In this document: positions 38,494 through 48,350 of the stretch, in pieces
Numbering within the stretch: the first letter of the stretch is position 1
Layout of the letters: each line of letters opens with the position of its first letter
Translations under genes and position numbers: made by a program
Notes under the pieces: model-generated
Databases searched by the model: none
What the model was told of the DNA's origin: nothing
The model's input: the letters and a program-made list of their open reading frames with translations, nothing else
Source of the DNA: a virus
Taxonomy: Duplodnaviria; Caudoviricetes
Direction: 5' to 3' (one strand)
IMG/VR virus record: IMGVR_UViG_3300002026_000041
Span: 1 to 55,505 of that record
Length of the DNA stretch: 55,505 bases

Positions 38494-41322
38494 TTATACG
38501 TTTTCAAACGATGCTCCTGTCGGGCTAATAATAAATTCAACATCAATATATTCCAAAGACCTTGTTGGTTTGATATAAATCTTACCTCTAAGAGTGTTCT
38601 GGTCGATATCTTCTGGATCGTTAGAAACTGTCATTCTGAAGTCATAAAGTCCTCTTTCTTTCTTAATAGCTTCAAGAATTGGGTTAACCAATCTTTGGAA
38701 TTCATTTCTTACTTCCTCATCGTTTTGTTCAAATAATAATCTTACAGCTACGGCTGAAACAAGTTTTCTTGTTCTCAACAATAATCTTCTAACATTAATT
38801 CTGTCCAAAGCGGATTCTTTAACCTGAAGAGTTTTATTTCCCCAAATAATCGGACCTGTATCACTAAATGTTGCGATTGGGTTAATTCTCATTTGGTAAA
38901 GGTCATCTCTTTCTTCAAGGGTTAATTTCTTGTATGCTTTGATAGCGTTTACAAGACCTCTTGAATATCCTGCTACTGCGAACCATGGGTAAGCCACATT
39001 GTCAGTTAATGCAATGTTTCTTACAACTTCACCTGTTGGCGGAATGTAAATTTGTGATGAATTATCATTATCTCTTACCTGAATCCAAGGCCAGTAGGTA
39101 CATGAATAATTGGAATCTAATCCAATTGTATCCAAAGCGTCCACAACCTCTTCAACTGTATCATAATTTGGTGATGCAATTACATAAAGGGAGTCGGCTC
39201 TATCAGTTTCAGTCATATCAATAGCTTGTTCAACTAATGATGAATGGTCGTACCAGTTAATACCCGGTGTTGCAAAAACATTAATGTTTACTGCTTCAGG
39301 GTTAGAGTAGGTTTCGATACCAGTTAAATAAGAGTAATAGTCAGAGTTTCCAACAGTACTGTTAAATACACCACTGTTATTAGTGTTATTGTCAGTATAG
39401 GTATTTTTTCCGAAGATATATCCGTCACCAAATGTACGAACGTCTCTATAAATGTCCCAACCATCAAAACCGCCACATACCGCGAAAGTGAATTTACGGT
39501 TAGCAACAGTATCTAACATTCCTTTACTTGTACCTTCAAAGTCATATGGTGTACAATCAAACATAAATCCTGTAATTGTTCCACCAGTTATTGATGAAGC
39601 ATTTGTTGATAAGTGGAAACCTGTTGATACAAAACTACTTTCAGAACCTTTATATGAAAACATATCTGAGTCATATCCCATTTGTGAGGAAAGTCCCAAT
39701 GATACTTTTCTAGTTTTATCGGTTGAAATATCGTCAGGTACACCATTTGTGTATGTTACAATATCTCCAGCTGTATAGTACTGTGTTTTGTACATTACAT
39801 TACCTAATTTTGCTCCACCTACGGTGTCGGATGTAAATCCTTTGAAACCAGCAGGAACTGCGTCGGTTGGATGATCCTCAACCATTGATAACATAATGTA
39901 TTTTGATTTTAGTTTATATGTTGTATCAGATGTACCAACTTTTAAGGCTACATATCCCGGTAATTGAGGGTTCATTGAACATCTTGAGAATTTTTCAAGA
40001 ACCACCATATTATCATCAGTATCATTAAAATCACGAATTACTAAATTAAATTCAGCAGTTTCAAGATTAATATCTTGAATAGTTATCTTAATTTGTTGAT
40101 TTGCTGAATCGCCATCGGAGATTGTAATTACTTGGAATAAATCAGCAACTTCTCCACCTCTAACTTCAGATACCACCATTGGTGATACTGGGGTGTCCCA
40201 CTGAGTTAAGAAATCGTCACCAACTGAATGAGTTAGAATTGTTGAACTTAAACCTCTGATTAATCCACGAGAAGTAAGAGCCGAAACTAAATTCGGATAA
40301 CTTTCAAATGCATAAATTGGGTAATCTGTATATGATTTATCATACACATCAGTTCCTAATACTTTATCAATAAATTTGGTTGAAGTACTATCTAATGAAC
40401 AAGTAAATGTTTTTTGGGTTGTATCATACGAAGAAACAGTAAGAATGAAATTTCCAAACGGATTAGTTTCAATTGTTGGATTACCAGAAAACGAATCGGT
40501 TGCTGATGACATAGTAACACCAGTTGCTTGTAAAAGTAAGTTTGATACGGTTGAATAATGTCCTCGTGATCTCAACGCAGCTACCATAATATTGTCATAA
40601 CTGTTTACCTCTGCATCATATGTAAATTGAGTTACTGTAAACCCTGTTGATGCTGAACTATATACCATAAGGAACGAATAAACTTCATTTGTTCCGTCAA
40701 AATATTCATTATACCATGTATGTCCGGTTGCATCTCCAATAGGGGCATCAACTCCGGTAAGATGTGTTCCGGTTAATCCTGAAACACTACCATCGGGAAC
40801 AAGTCCAATTGTGAACCAATCGTTATTGTTATAAGTTGGTCTATTTGATACAATAAAGTCGGTGACTCTAGCTCCAGTAGTAGCAGTTTTTCCTGTTAAA
40901 TAAGAACTAAAAGTACCCGTTCCGTTCAATGCACTTAAAGTACCACTAGAGGATGACGGTACGGAGTTTGTAATTACAACTCCACCTAAAGTTTTAACAC
41001 CCCAAGTTGTAACGGGTTTATATCCTGTAAGACCAAGAATTCTTGTTACGAATAATTGGTTTGACTCCTGTAAATACGCTTTTGCGACATAAGGTAGTTC
41101 ATATTTAGGATTTCCTGCCCCATCTTTTACTGGTGATGTCGATCCAAAATATGTTTTGAATTCATCGAAATTAGTAATTAATAAAGGCTCAAATGCTGGT
41201 CCTTTAAGTGTCTCACCTACGAGTCCTAAAGTAGTTACACCAACGCTCTGTGACACATAAGTTAAGTCCTTTTCTGAAGTGTACACGCCGGGTGACACAA
41301 ATACTCTGTTTGAATTTGCCAT
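38494..41322 (-). CDS. tail sheath protein (T4 gp18-like)
   Basis: FVSPGVYTSEKD, GETLKGPAFEP, YWPW, PWFAVAGYSRG, INPIATF, WGNKTLQ, RINVRRLL, KPTRSLEYI. Confidence 0.95.
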   Translation of the reverse strand: MANSNRVFVSPGVYTSEKDLTYVSQSVGVTTLGLVGETLKGPAFEPLLITNFDEFKTYFGSTSPVKDGAGNPKYELPYVAKAYLQESNQLFVTRILGLTGYKPVTTWGVKTLGGVVITNSVPSSSSGTLSALNGTGTFSSYLTGKTATTGARVTDFIVSNRPTYNNNDWFTIGLVPDGSVSGLTGTHLTGVDAPIGDATGHTWYNEYFDGTNEVYSFLMVYSSASTGFTVTQFTYDAEVNSYDNIMVAALRSRGHYSTVSNLLLQATGVTMSSATDSFSGNPTIETNPFGNFILTVSSYDTTQKTFTCSLDSTSTKFIDKVLGTDVYDKSYTDYPIYAFESYPNLVSALTSRGLIRGLSSTILTHSVGDDFLTQWDTPVSPMVVSEVRGGEVADLFQVITISDGDSANQQIKITIQDINLETAEFNLVIRDFNDTDDNMVVLEKFSRCSMNPQLPGYVALKVGTSDTTYKLKSKYIMLSMVEDHPTDAVPAGFKGFTSDTVGGAKLGNVMYKTQYYTAGDIVTYTNGVPDDISTDKTRKVSLGLSSQMGYDSDMFSYKGSESSFVSTGFHLSTNASSITGGTITGFMFDCTPYDFEGTSKGMLDTVANRKFTFAVCGGFDGWDIYRDVRTFGDGYIFGKNTYTDNNTNNSGVFNSTVGNSDYYSYLTGIETYSNPEAVNINVFATPGINWYDHSSLVEQAIDMTETDRADSLYVIASPNYDTVEEVVDALDTIGLDSNYSCTYWPWIQVRDNDNSSQIYIPPTGEVVRNIALTDNVAYPWFAVAGYSRGLVNAIKAYKKLTLEERDDLYQMRINPIATFSDTGPIIWGNKTLQVKESALDRINVRRLLLRTRKLVSAVAVRLLFEQNDEEVRNEFQRLVNPILEAIKKERGLYDFRMTVSNDPEDIDQNTLRGKIYIKPTRSLEYIDVEFIISPTGASFENV

Positions 41323-41363
41323 TGATTTCTATTTGGTTAATTGTTTATTTTATTATCATATAT

Positions 41364-41371
41364 CATAAATA
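41364..41371 (-). promoter_or_regulatory. putative late promoter TATTTATG
   Basis: 41 nt upstream of sheath ATG. Confidence 0.55.
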
Positions 41372-41452
41372 TCTTAGTTTTTCACAAAGATTTCCGTATA
41401 AAAAAATTAGTAGATAGTATTTTATCTTTTTTTACTGTTATTTATCTTTAGT

Positions 41453-41623
41453 ATGGAACGTAATAATAAAAATGTAAAAATCGGTGAGAAACACCACACA
41501 ATACTGAAAAATCATTGTGATAAGAATGGTCTTAAAATGTATCGCGTTATCGAAAAATGGATTGACGAATTGGATGCAACAAATTTAAAAGTTAAAAAAA
41601 AGGATATATACGGAGAAGATTAG
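41453..41623 (+). CDS. small ribbon-helix-helix-like protein
   Basis: 56 aa MERNNKNVKIGEKHHTILKNHCDKNGLKMYRVIEKWIDEL...; TATTTATC 6 nt upstream; below ORF-track length cutoff. Confidence 0.65.
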   Translation: MERNNKNVKIGEKHHTILKNHCDKNGLKMYRVIEKWIDELDATNLKVKKKDIYGED

Positions 41624-42849
41624 TATAAATAACAAATACTGATTCTCGAAGGATTTACCGGCGGAGTGTTAAACGTTATTTGGTTAGAACCTGGTCCTAC
41701 GGAATACCCATCGCCATTTATATCAACAAGTCCGTTAATTGTCATATAGACCATACTATTAATTACATTATTAACAGTAAATGTTAACGATGAACCATCA
41801 TACATAAAGTTCTCAACTTTTAATGATAAAAGATTACCATATGAGTCTTTGAAAACATTTGATTTCCCCGCATAATATACAATCATTACCCTACCAATAG
41901 GTGGTGTAACAAAAGAAATTCTGGAAGTACCTCCTATCCAATAATAATCAACATCTTGATCGTGAACTAATCCGTTAATTGCGGCAAAGAACAAAACACC
42001 TATGGATTCACCCACACTAAAAGTAGTTTGAATTCCATCTCCATCAAATAACGCAACTTTTATTTCAATTGAACTAAAAATAGATTTTTTTGAATGGTTT
42101 TTTGTAGTTAAAAATTCTGTTAAGAGAAATAGTCGATTTATTGCTGGTTTTACTTCAAATTCTTCGGGGTCAATCAAAAATCCTAACATTAAGAAATTAT
42201 ATGTTTGCACATAAAATCTACGACTATCAAGAGAGTCAATTGGTGAACTGTCATTAATTGTTTCCAATATTATTGGAACATAGTGACCTTTAACTAGCGT
42301 GTAAGCTTGTCGAGACGCAAATTTTTGTAAAACAATTTTATTGAATCGGTTTAAATCCCGGAATTTTTGACAAACGATAGTCACCTCGAATCCAATATCA
42401 ATTGGGACGGGTTGCGGAATTTTATATACATCAGCACCCTTGGTTGTTCCATTCCAAGTTTGTACGGTTGCATAATGAAATTCCATTCTATCAGGAATAG
42501 TTCTAATTAATGAAGGATTTGTCCCGGGCTGTACATCGGGTCTGCGAACAACCCCAATGAATGGAACTTTCATATTTCCATCATCATCAGCAAACGACCA
42601 ATTGTTTGAAATCTCACCCCATCTTTGTACTGTAAGAATTTTCGGAATAATTGGAATAGGATCCCCGTCAGAAACAACTTTAAAATTTGTTTTAACAAAC
42701 TCTAACATACCCATATCCAAATCGTCATGTAAGACCGCATCTGGAAGGTAAGTGTCCGCTTCGGTTATTTTGTCTAGCAATTCTTGTCTTCTGTTGAGAA
42801 GTTCTTTTTGCTCGTATATTTTAATATCAGTTTTTTTTGGATAAGCCAT
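41620..42849 (-). CDS. tail terminator / sheath stabiliser (T4 gp15-like) with C-terminal beta-rich extension
   Basis: likely start ATG 42849 (MAYPKK); KIPQPVPIDIGFEVTI motif; between head-closure gene and sheath; two C-terminal DG..TF...INGL...Y...ITF..PP modules. Confidence 0.7.
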   Translation of the reverse strand: MAYPKKTDIKIYEQKELLNRRQELLDKITEADTYLPDAVLHDDLDMGMLEFVKTNFKVVSDGDPIPIIPKILTVQRWGEISNNWSFADDDGNMKVPFIGVVRRPDVQPGTNPSLIRTIPDRMEFHYATVQTWNGTTKGADVYKIPQPVPIDIGFEVTIVCQKFRDLNRFNKIVLQKFASRQAYTLVKGHYVPIILETINDSSPIDSLDSRRFYVQTYNFLMLGFLIDPEEFEVKPAINRLFLLTEFLTTKNHSKKSIFSSIEIKVALFDGDGIQTTFSVGESIGVLFFAAINGLVHDQDVDYYWIGGTSRISFVTPPIGRVMIVYYAGKSNVFKDSYGNLLSLKVENFMYDGSSLTFTVNNVINSMVYMTINGLVDINGDGYSVGPGSNQITFNTPPVNPSRISICYLY

Positions 42850-42850
42850 T

Positions 42851-43363
42851 TTAAACTCCTCTAAATTCGTTGTCTTGTGTTGGAACACAAATTATGGTTC
42901 TATAATGTGGTTTATATCCGAACATTTTATGTTTTCCGTCTGCAACAACTTTACCATCATTTGATACCGTATAAAACCTAATTTTATCTTCGCTTTCGGG
43001 ATAACCAATATAGTCCCCGAATCTAATATCGATTCCTAAATCGTTTAGTTCTTTAATATAAACCGATATTGTCATATTTCCGGGTTCAAGAAATCTTAAA
43101 AGACCGGATTTGTATGATTTATTATCTGCCGATGCAATTTGAACTAACCCTCTAAATTCTACGGGTGGTAAGAACTTTAATTGGTCTTTTCCAACTTCAG
43201 AATATACTTCGTCCGTGTCTGTCCGAGTCCTATCAACTTGGTACAATACAAGGTACATATTTAAGTCTCCATGGAGGTATTCTTCTCCCATTTGAATATT
43301 CAAATCGAAATCGTCTTGACTAAAAAATTTTGAAAGTCTTGTTACAGGTAATTTGTTTTCCAT
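42851..43363 (-). CDS. neck / head-closure protein (gp14-like)
   Basis: 170 aa; EVYSE...FLPPVE, GDYI...FYTV pattern; position upstream of tail terminator. Confidence 0.65.
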   Translation of the reverse strand: MENKLPVTRLSKFFSQDDFDLNIQMGEEYLHGDLNMYLVLYQVDRTRTDTDEVYSEVGKDQLKFLPPVEFRGLVQIASADNKSYKSGLLRFLEPGNMTISVYIKELNDLGIDIRFGDYIGYPESEDKIRFYTVSNDGKVVADGKHKMFGYKPHYRTIICVPTQDNEFRGV

Positions 43364-43368
43364 ATCTC

Positions 43369-43376
43369 TATAAATA
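43369..43376 (-). promoter_or_regulatory. putative late promoter TATTTATA
   Basis: 5 nt upstream of ATG 43363. Confidence 0.55.
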
Positions 43377-43422
43377 CTTTATAAAATCATTCTAATTATG
43401 TATATTAAACTATAATTTGAAT

Positions 43423-46296
43423 ATGGAAGTAAAGATCCCCGAAATAGAGGCTCGAAAGATCCTTGAAACTTATGAAGGAGCTAATAATCAAATACTTGAA
43501 TGGAAACGAAAAATGTCCATCGGGAAAGGGTTTAAATTGGCTCGAACCCAAGCGCTTTATATTTTAACTAACCACGAAACGGTTCCAAAAGTTGCAAGAA
43601 AACATATCACATTAGTAGCTTCCTTTGGTGAAAAATTAATGGAAGAGAAACTTCTCCCAAAACCTGTAAAAGAAATTTGGTGTGAGAAATTATTATGTGA
43701 AACAGATAAAGCATTTCACATTTGGGGTAAAATTCTTGATTCACAACAACTTCACGCGTTCTGGCTACCCAAAGGTGCGGTTCTCACCCCCGAAAAGAAG
43801 TTAAACAGAACAATAGATTATTCAAAATACAGTCATCGACCTCCAAAAGAATGGCAACCCAAGGCTGTTGAATTCCTTTTGGCTAATGATAGGTGTATTT
43901 TAGCTGATGACATGGGGTTAGGTAAAGGGGTATGTATCAATGAGTTAGTTATAACACCTAAAGGAAAAGTTAAGATGGGATCAATAAAAATAGGTGATGA
44001 AATAATTGGATCTAATGGTAGAAAATGTAGAGTTACTGGCGTGTTTCCACAAGGAGAAATGGATTTATACAGATTAACATTGAATGATGGGTTCTCGATT
44101 CTTGTGGATAAAAACCATCTATTCCGAGTGTATTCAAATAATTTTGGAAAAAATACAAAAAATGGGAGAGAAGAAAAAGAAATTGTCTTGAGTGTTGAAC
44201 AAATGTTAAATAAAGATCTTGTTATGGAAGAAAAAGGAATAGGGTATAATTCAAAAAAAACATATCAATATTCTACATATTATAAACTTAAAAATGGAAA
44301 TTCAAAATGGCAAATACCAATTGTTGACCCAATTGAATTTGACAAGAATGATGAGTTACCAATTGAACCTTATCTATTAGGGTTATCACTAGGAGATGGA
44401 CATTTCAATGGAAAAAATATTACATTTTCTTTACACAAAGATGATTATGATGAGTTATTTGAGAATGTCCAAATAAAAGAATTAACCCCAAAAGGTAATA
44501 TACGAAAAGGAAATATTAAATTTGATAACGAAATTAAAAAATTAAATTTAGAAAATACTCGTTCACATAATAAATTTATTCCCGATATCTACAAATACTC
44601 TTCTGTCCAAGACAGATTATCTTTACTACAAGGTTTAATGGACACCGATGGAACATGTGGATTAAGTAAAAACGGTACGTTTGTTTCCACAGAATATAGT
44701 ACTATTTCTGAGCGCCTATGTGATGATGTAATTGAAATTGTACACTCATTAGGTGGTATTGCCAGAAAACGGTCAAGAAGATCATTTTACACAAAAAACG
44801 GAATTAGAACAGAATGTAAAAAATCATATAGGATAAATATTAAACTTAACCCCAATATGAATCCTTTCAGATTAAAACGAAAAGCTAAGCGATATAATGT
44901 TCCCGAAAAATATCAAGTAGGAAGATATATAAAAAATATTGAATTCGAAAAAAAAGGTGAATCGGTTTGTATTTCTGTTGATTCGCCAGATAAATTATAT
45001 GTTGTGAACCACGCGATCGTTACTCACAACACCACTAGTGCAATCATTGCATCGATGGAAACGGATGTAAAGAAAGTTCTTGTTGTATGTCCAGCATCCG
45101 TTAAAATCAACTGGAAAAGGGAGATTGAGAACTATACCAAAGACCCTATTTTAATTGTGGAAGGCCGAAAATGGGGTTCTACATTCAAATATTATATTAT
45201 CAACTACGATATTATTAAAAATTTCCATACAACTGATAAGAAAGAGGGAATGGATGACTTTAAGTTGATAGAAAAGGAAAATTTTGACCTTGCAATCATC
45301 GATGAAGCTCATTATCTATCGAATACGGGTGCAAATAGGACTAAATTGATGAATGACATCCTCGAAAAGGTTAGTAAAGTGTGGTTATTAACAGGGACAC
45401 CGATGACATCACGTCCAATCAACTATTTTAACCTATTGAAAATCATAAATTCACCCGTGGCGTTGAATTGGCAACATTATGTTCGTCGTTATTGTAAAGG
45501 ATTTCAGTTTAACACGAGAAATCCCGACGGATCTCCCGGCAGAAAAGTATGGAGCACAAGTGGAAATAGTAATTTAGATGAACTAAGAGAACGAACCAAG
45601 GGTCTTATATTAAGAAGATTGAAGACCGAAGTACCAGGACTACCTGAAAAAATTATTATTCCTCGATTTTTGGAACTAAAAAGTACATTTTATGATGAGG
45701 AACTTGAGGAATTTATGAGAATATCTCATGAGGATAAGGGAAAAGAAAGTATTAGTATAACAATTTCTCGACTTATGAAGGTTCGTCAAGTAATTGCATA
45801 TGAAAAAGTTCCTTACACTTGTGAATTAATTGATAAGTTTCTCGAACAAGATAAAAAAGTTATCGTGTTCAATAACTTCTCAATGCCTATTGATATGATC
45901 CAAGAGAAATATCCAAAAAATTCTGTAATGTTGGATGGTAGGATGACGCCAGCAAAAAGACAAATTGCAATCGACAGATTTCAAAACGACCCTAAAATTA
46001 AAATTTTCAATGCCCAAATAGTTGCGGGTGGAATTGGTATAAATTTAACTGCCGCTGAGGGGGTTATAATGAACGATTTGTCATTTGTGCCTTCTCATCA
46101 TAGCCAAGCTGAAGATAGGGCGTATCGTACAGGTCAAAAAAATAACGTTTTGGTGTATTACCCGGTATTTGAAAATACAATTGAACAAATTATATATAAC
46201 ATTTTACAGGGTAAAAAGGATGTTATTGACCAAGTAATGGGTGATGGTGAATATGCTGAAGGATTCAGTAAAGAAGTGTTAAAGGCTATTTTATAA
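43423..46296 (+). CDS. SNF2/SWI2-family helicase containing an intein
   Basis: LADDMGLGK|T, VVCPASVKINW, IIDEAH, LLTGTP, GIGINLT, QAEDRAYRTGQ; ATG 43423 preferred over TTG 43417. Confidence 0.92.
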   Translation: MEVKIPEIEARKILETYEGANNQILEWKRKMSIGKGFKLARTQALYILTNHETVPKVARKHITLVASFGEKLMEEKLLPKPVKEIWCEKLLCETDKAFHIWGKILDSQQLHAFWLPKGAVLTPEKKLNRTIDYSKYSHRPPKEWQPKAVEFLLANDRCILADDMGLGKGVCINELVITPKGKVKMGSIKIGDEIIGSNGRKCRVTGVFPQGEMDLYRLTLNDGFSILVDKNHLFRVYSNNFGKNTKNGREEKEIVLSVEQMLNKDLVMEEKGIGYNSKKTYQYSTYYKLKNGNSKWQIPIVDPIEFDKNDELPIEPYLLGLSLGDGHFNGKNITFSLHKDDYDELFENVQIKELTPKGNIRKGNIKFDNEIKKLNLENTRSHNKFIPDIYKYSSVQDRLSLLQGLMDTDGTCGLSKNGTFVSTEYSTISERLCDDVIEIVHSLGGIARKRSRRSFYTKNGIRTECKKSYRINIKLNPNMNPFRLKRKAKRYNVPEKYQVGRYIKNIEFEKKGESVCISVDSPDKLYVVNHAIVTHNTTSAIIASMETDVKKVLVVCPASVKINWKREIENYTKDPILIVEGRKWGSTFKYYIINYDIIKNFHTTDKKEGMDDFKLIEKENFDLAIIDEAHYLSNTGANRTKLMNDILEKVSKVWLLTGTPMTSRPINYFNLLKIINSPVALNWQHYVRRYCKGFQFNTRNPDGSPGRKVWSTSGNSNLDELRERTKGLILRRLKTEVPGLPEKIIIPRFLELKSTFYDEELEEFMRISHEDKGKESISITISRLMKVRQVIAYEKVPYTCELIDKFLEQDKKVIVFNNFSMPIDMIQEKYPKNSVMLDGRMTPAKRQIAIDRFQNDPKIKIFNAQIVAGGIGINLTAAEGVIMNDLSFVPSHHSQAEDRAYRTGQKNNVLVYYPVFENTIEQIIYNILQGKKDVIDQVMGDGEYAEGFSKEVLKAIL
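43927..45030 (+). mobile_element. intein (368 aa) with LAGLIDADG homing endonuclease, class-3-like
   Basis: inserted between K and T of Walker A GLGKT; ends VTHN/T; LAGLIDADG blocks YLLGLSLGDG and LLQGLMDTDG; begins with Gly; Cys in block F (SVCISVD). Confidence 0.9.
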
Positions 46297-46501
46297 TTGT
46301 ATTAACAAATTCAGAAAATTCGGAAAGTAAATCGGGATCTTTCGGATTTCCGAGTTCGAGCCGAATACACCGTTCACCGTTAATTGTGATATCCTCCATA
46401 ATATTTTTTTCAGATTCGTATCCAGTGAAATCGAGACTAATCTGTTCTCTTACGCAAAATCGAGCCAACTCAAAAAGTTTATCGTCAATCTCTGATGCCA
46501 T
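46286..46501 (-). CDS. hypothetical protein
   Basis: 71-aa ORF filling the gap, convergent overlap with helicase stop. Confidence 0.55.
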   Translation of the reverse strand: MASEIDDKLFELARFCVREQISLDFTGYESEKNIMEDITINGERCIRLELGNPKDPDLLSEFSEFVNTIIK

Positions 46502-46516
46502 ATTCTAAAATTAAAC

Positions 46517-46524
46517 TATTTATC
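46517..46524 (+). promoter_or_regulatory. putative late promoter TATTTATC
   Basis: 13 nt upstream of neck gene ATG; orientation flips with the gene. Confidence 0.55.
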
Positions 46525-46537
46525 TATAAAAGTAAAT

Positions 46538-47656
46538 ATGGCAACGACAGTTATCAACGGAGAAGATAGAGAAAAATTGTTCACACAGGTACTTCACCTA
46601 TTGGGATTACCAGTCCGTGGGGTTGAACTAACCGAAGAACAAATGGATAGTTTTTTAGAACTCTCAATATCCGAATACGAACAATATGTTAGTGATTGGT
46701 TAATAGAATCTCAATGGTCGGCATTAATGGGTCTTGATGTTGATAATCAATCGTTAGCTAGAGCGTTTACTACTCGAAGCCTCGATTGGGAAACACAATA
46801 TTCTCACGCATATTCGAAAATCGTCGGTTTACAAGCTGGCGGATTTAGTGAATTAAAAAAAGATTTTATCTCATTAGTTGCCGGGCAACAAACATATGTA
46901 ATACCAGCAGGTCGTGAAATTAATGAATTATTATGGTTTACCAGAGCGGAACTAACCGACTCAATTATTGACCCGTTCTTAGGTGGATTTGGGGGACTTG
47001 GTGGTGTTGGTTTTGGTGGTGTTGGTGGATTCGCACAGGTCGGAGCTTCTGGATCTTATTTTATGCTTCCCGCTTTTGATTTATTGTTAAGGATGCAAGA
47101 TAGAAATATGAAAAACCGTTTAATCGGTGGAGACTTAACTTATAGAATTACAGCTGGACCCGAAGGAACAAAAATAATTCATTTATATAATGTTCCTGGC
47201 GGTAGATTTGATTTTGGTTCTGTAGCAAGAAACAATCATAACGTTTGGTATTGGTATTATGATACATTTGATAGGGATGATTGTTTAGATAAAAATCAAG
47301 ATATTATAAGATTACCTTCAGATGTAGAAACTGACTCTCTTACATGGAAAAAATTAAACAAACCAGCTCAGAACTGGGTGAGAAAATATTTTATTGCGTA
47401 TTGTAAAGAAGGTCTTGCTAGAATTTGGGGTAAATTCTCCGGAGATTTAAAAGTTCCTGACAGTGAAGTTAAATTAGATTACCAAACTTTACTTACTGAA
47501 GCTAAGGATGAGAAATCTAAGGCCATCGAAGAATTGATGAAAAGACTTGAAAGGTTAAACCCGGATCATATGATGAAAAGAAAGGCGGATGAAGCTGAAA
47601 ATCTAAATCGTGCTCTCAAATATCGTCCGATGATTAGCCCATACAATGTAATTTAA
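46538..47656 (+). CDS. neck / head-tail adaptor protein (gp13-like)
   Basis: LGLPVRGVELTEEQMD N-terminus, WVRKYFIAYCKEGLARIWGKF...LLTEAKDEK C-terminus; TATTTATC upstream. Confidence 0.75.
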   Translation: MATTVINGEDREKLFTQVLHLLGLPVRGVELTEEQMDSFLELSISEYEQYVSDWLIESQWSALMGLDVDNQSLARAFTTRSLDWETQYSHAYSKIVGLQAGGFSELKKDFISLVAGQQTYVIPAGREINELLWFTRAELTDSIIDPFLGGFGGLGGVGFGGVGGFAQVGASGSYFMLPAFDLLLRMQDRNMKNRLIGGDLTYRITAGPEGTKIIHLYNVPGGRFDFGSVARNNHNVWYWYYDTFDRDDCLDKNQDIIRLPSDVETDSLTWKKLNKPAQNWVRKYFIAYCKEGLARIWGKFSGDLKVPDSEVKLDYQTLLTEAKDEKSKAIEELMKRLERLNPDHMMKRKADEAENLNRALKYRPMISPYNVI

Positions 47657-47667
47657 ACGTTATAGAT

Positions 47668-47862
47668 TTAGGAAAACCATTTTCTTTTAGACTCTTTTGT
47701 TCTAAATTTTCTTATTTCTATTCTACCAATCTGAAATGAATCAAATATGTCTTCCCCGTTAAGATTACATCCTGATTTCATATACCATACAAAGAAGGGC
47801 ATGAATAATATTTCAATCAATCCAATTTTTAATGTTTTCATAATTTGTTTTATTTTCATCAT
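47668..47862 (-). CDS. hypothetical protein
   Basis: 64-aa ORF 6 nt downstream of 47869..48336. Confidence 0.5.
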   Translation of the reverse strand: MMKIKQIMKTLKIGLIEILFMPFFVWYMKSGCNLNGEDIFDSFQIGRIEIRKFRTKESKRKWFS

Positions 47863-47868
47863 CAGTTC

Positions 47869-48336
47869 CTAAACCAACGGCACGTCTAAACAAGTTGGAA
47901 TACATTTATCCATATCTATATCATCCAAAACTTGAACTTCACCTCTTTCTGCTTCTAAATCTTGTAGTGTAAAATATCCGCCTTGTAATTCTATATTGAG
48001 AATTCTGTATATTTTACCGTTATATTCACATCTATCAGGAATCATATTCCATCTACTCTCATTAACATTAGATATATTCAAGTTTTCTGACGATTCGTTT
48101 TGTTTGTCATCACCAGTTATTTTTACCGTACCATAAAAGGTGGAATTTGCCACCTTGTTTTTATAAATGTGTGCGTTTTTCATATATTTTGGTTTTATAA
48201 AAAAATATTTTATTTTCAAAAGTAAATTCTTCCATTTATTTGCGTACCATACAGTTTCACCATTTATTGTGGTTTTTACCGTTTTACTTATGTAAGGCAT
48301 AAAAACATAACCCTTTTCTAAAATATCTTTATTCAT
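47869..48336 (-). CDS. hypothetical protein; N-terminal half resembles the C-terminal segment of gp23-type major capsid proteins
   Basis: LEKGYVFMPYI and YKNKVANSTFYGTVKI motifs; host-type promoter upstream. Confidence 0.6.
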   Translation of the reverse strand: MNKDILEKGYVFMPYISKTVKTTINGETVWYANKWKNLLLKIKYFFIKPKYMKNAHIYKNKVANSTFYGTVKITGDDKQNESSENLNISNVNESRWNMIPDRCEYNGKIYRILNIELQGGYFTLQDLEAERGEVQVLDDIDMDKCIPTCLDVPLV

Positions 48337-48350
48337 AATATTATTTTTAA

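Noticed and set aside
10483-42849. Bacterial contractile injection system (eCIS/T6SS/tailocin) rather than phage
   Set aside because: Neck/head-closure genes and a complete phage replication set (PolB, gp32-like SSB, UvsX, helicase, RNR) are interleaved; no bacterial housekeeping genes
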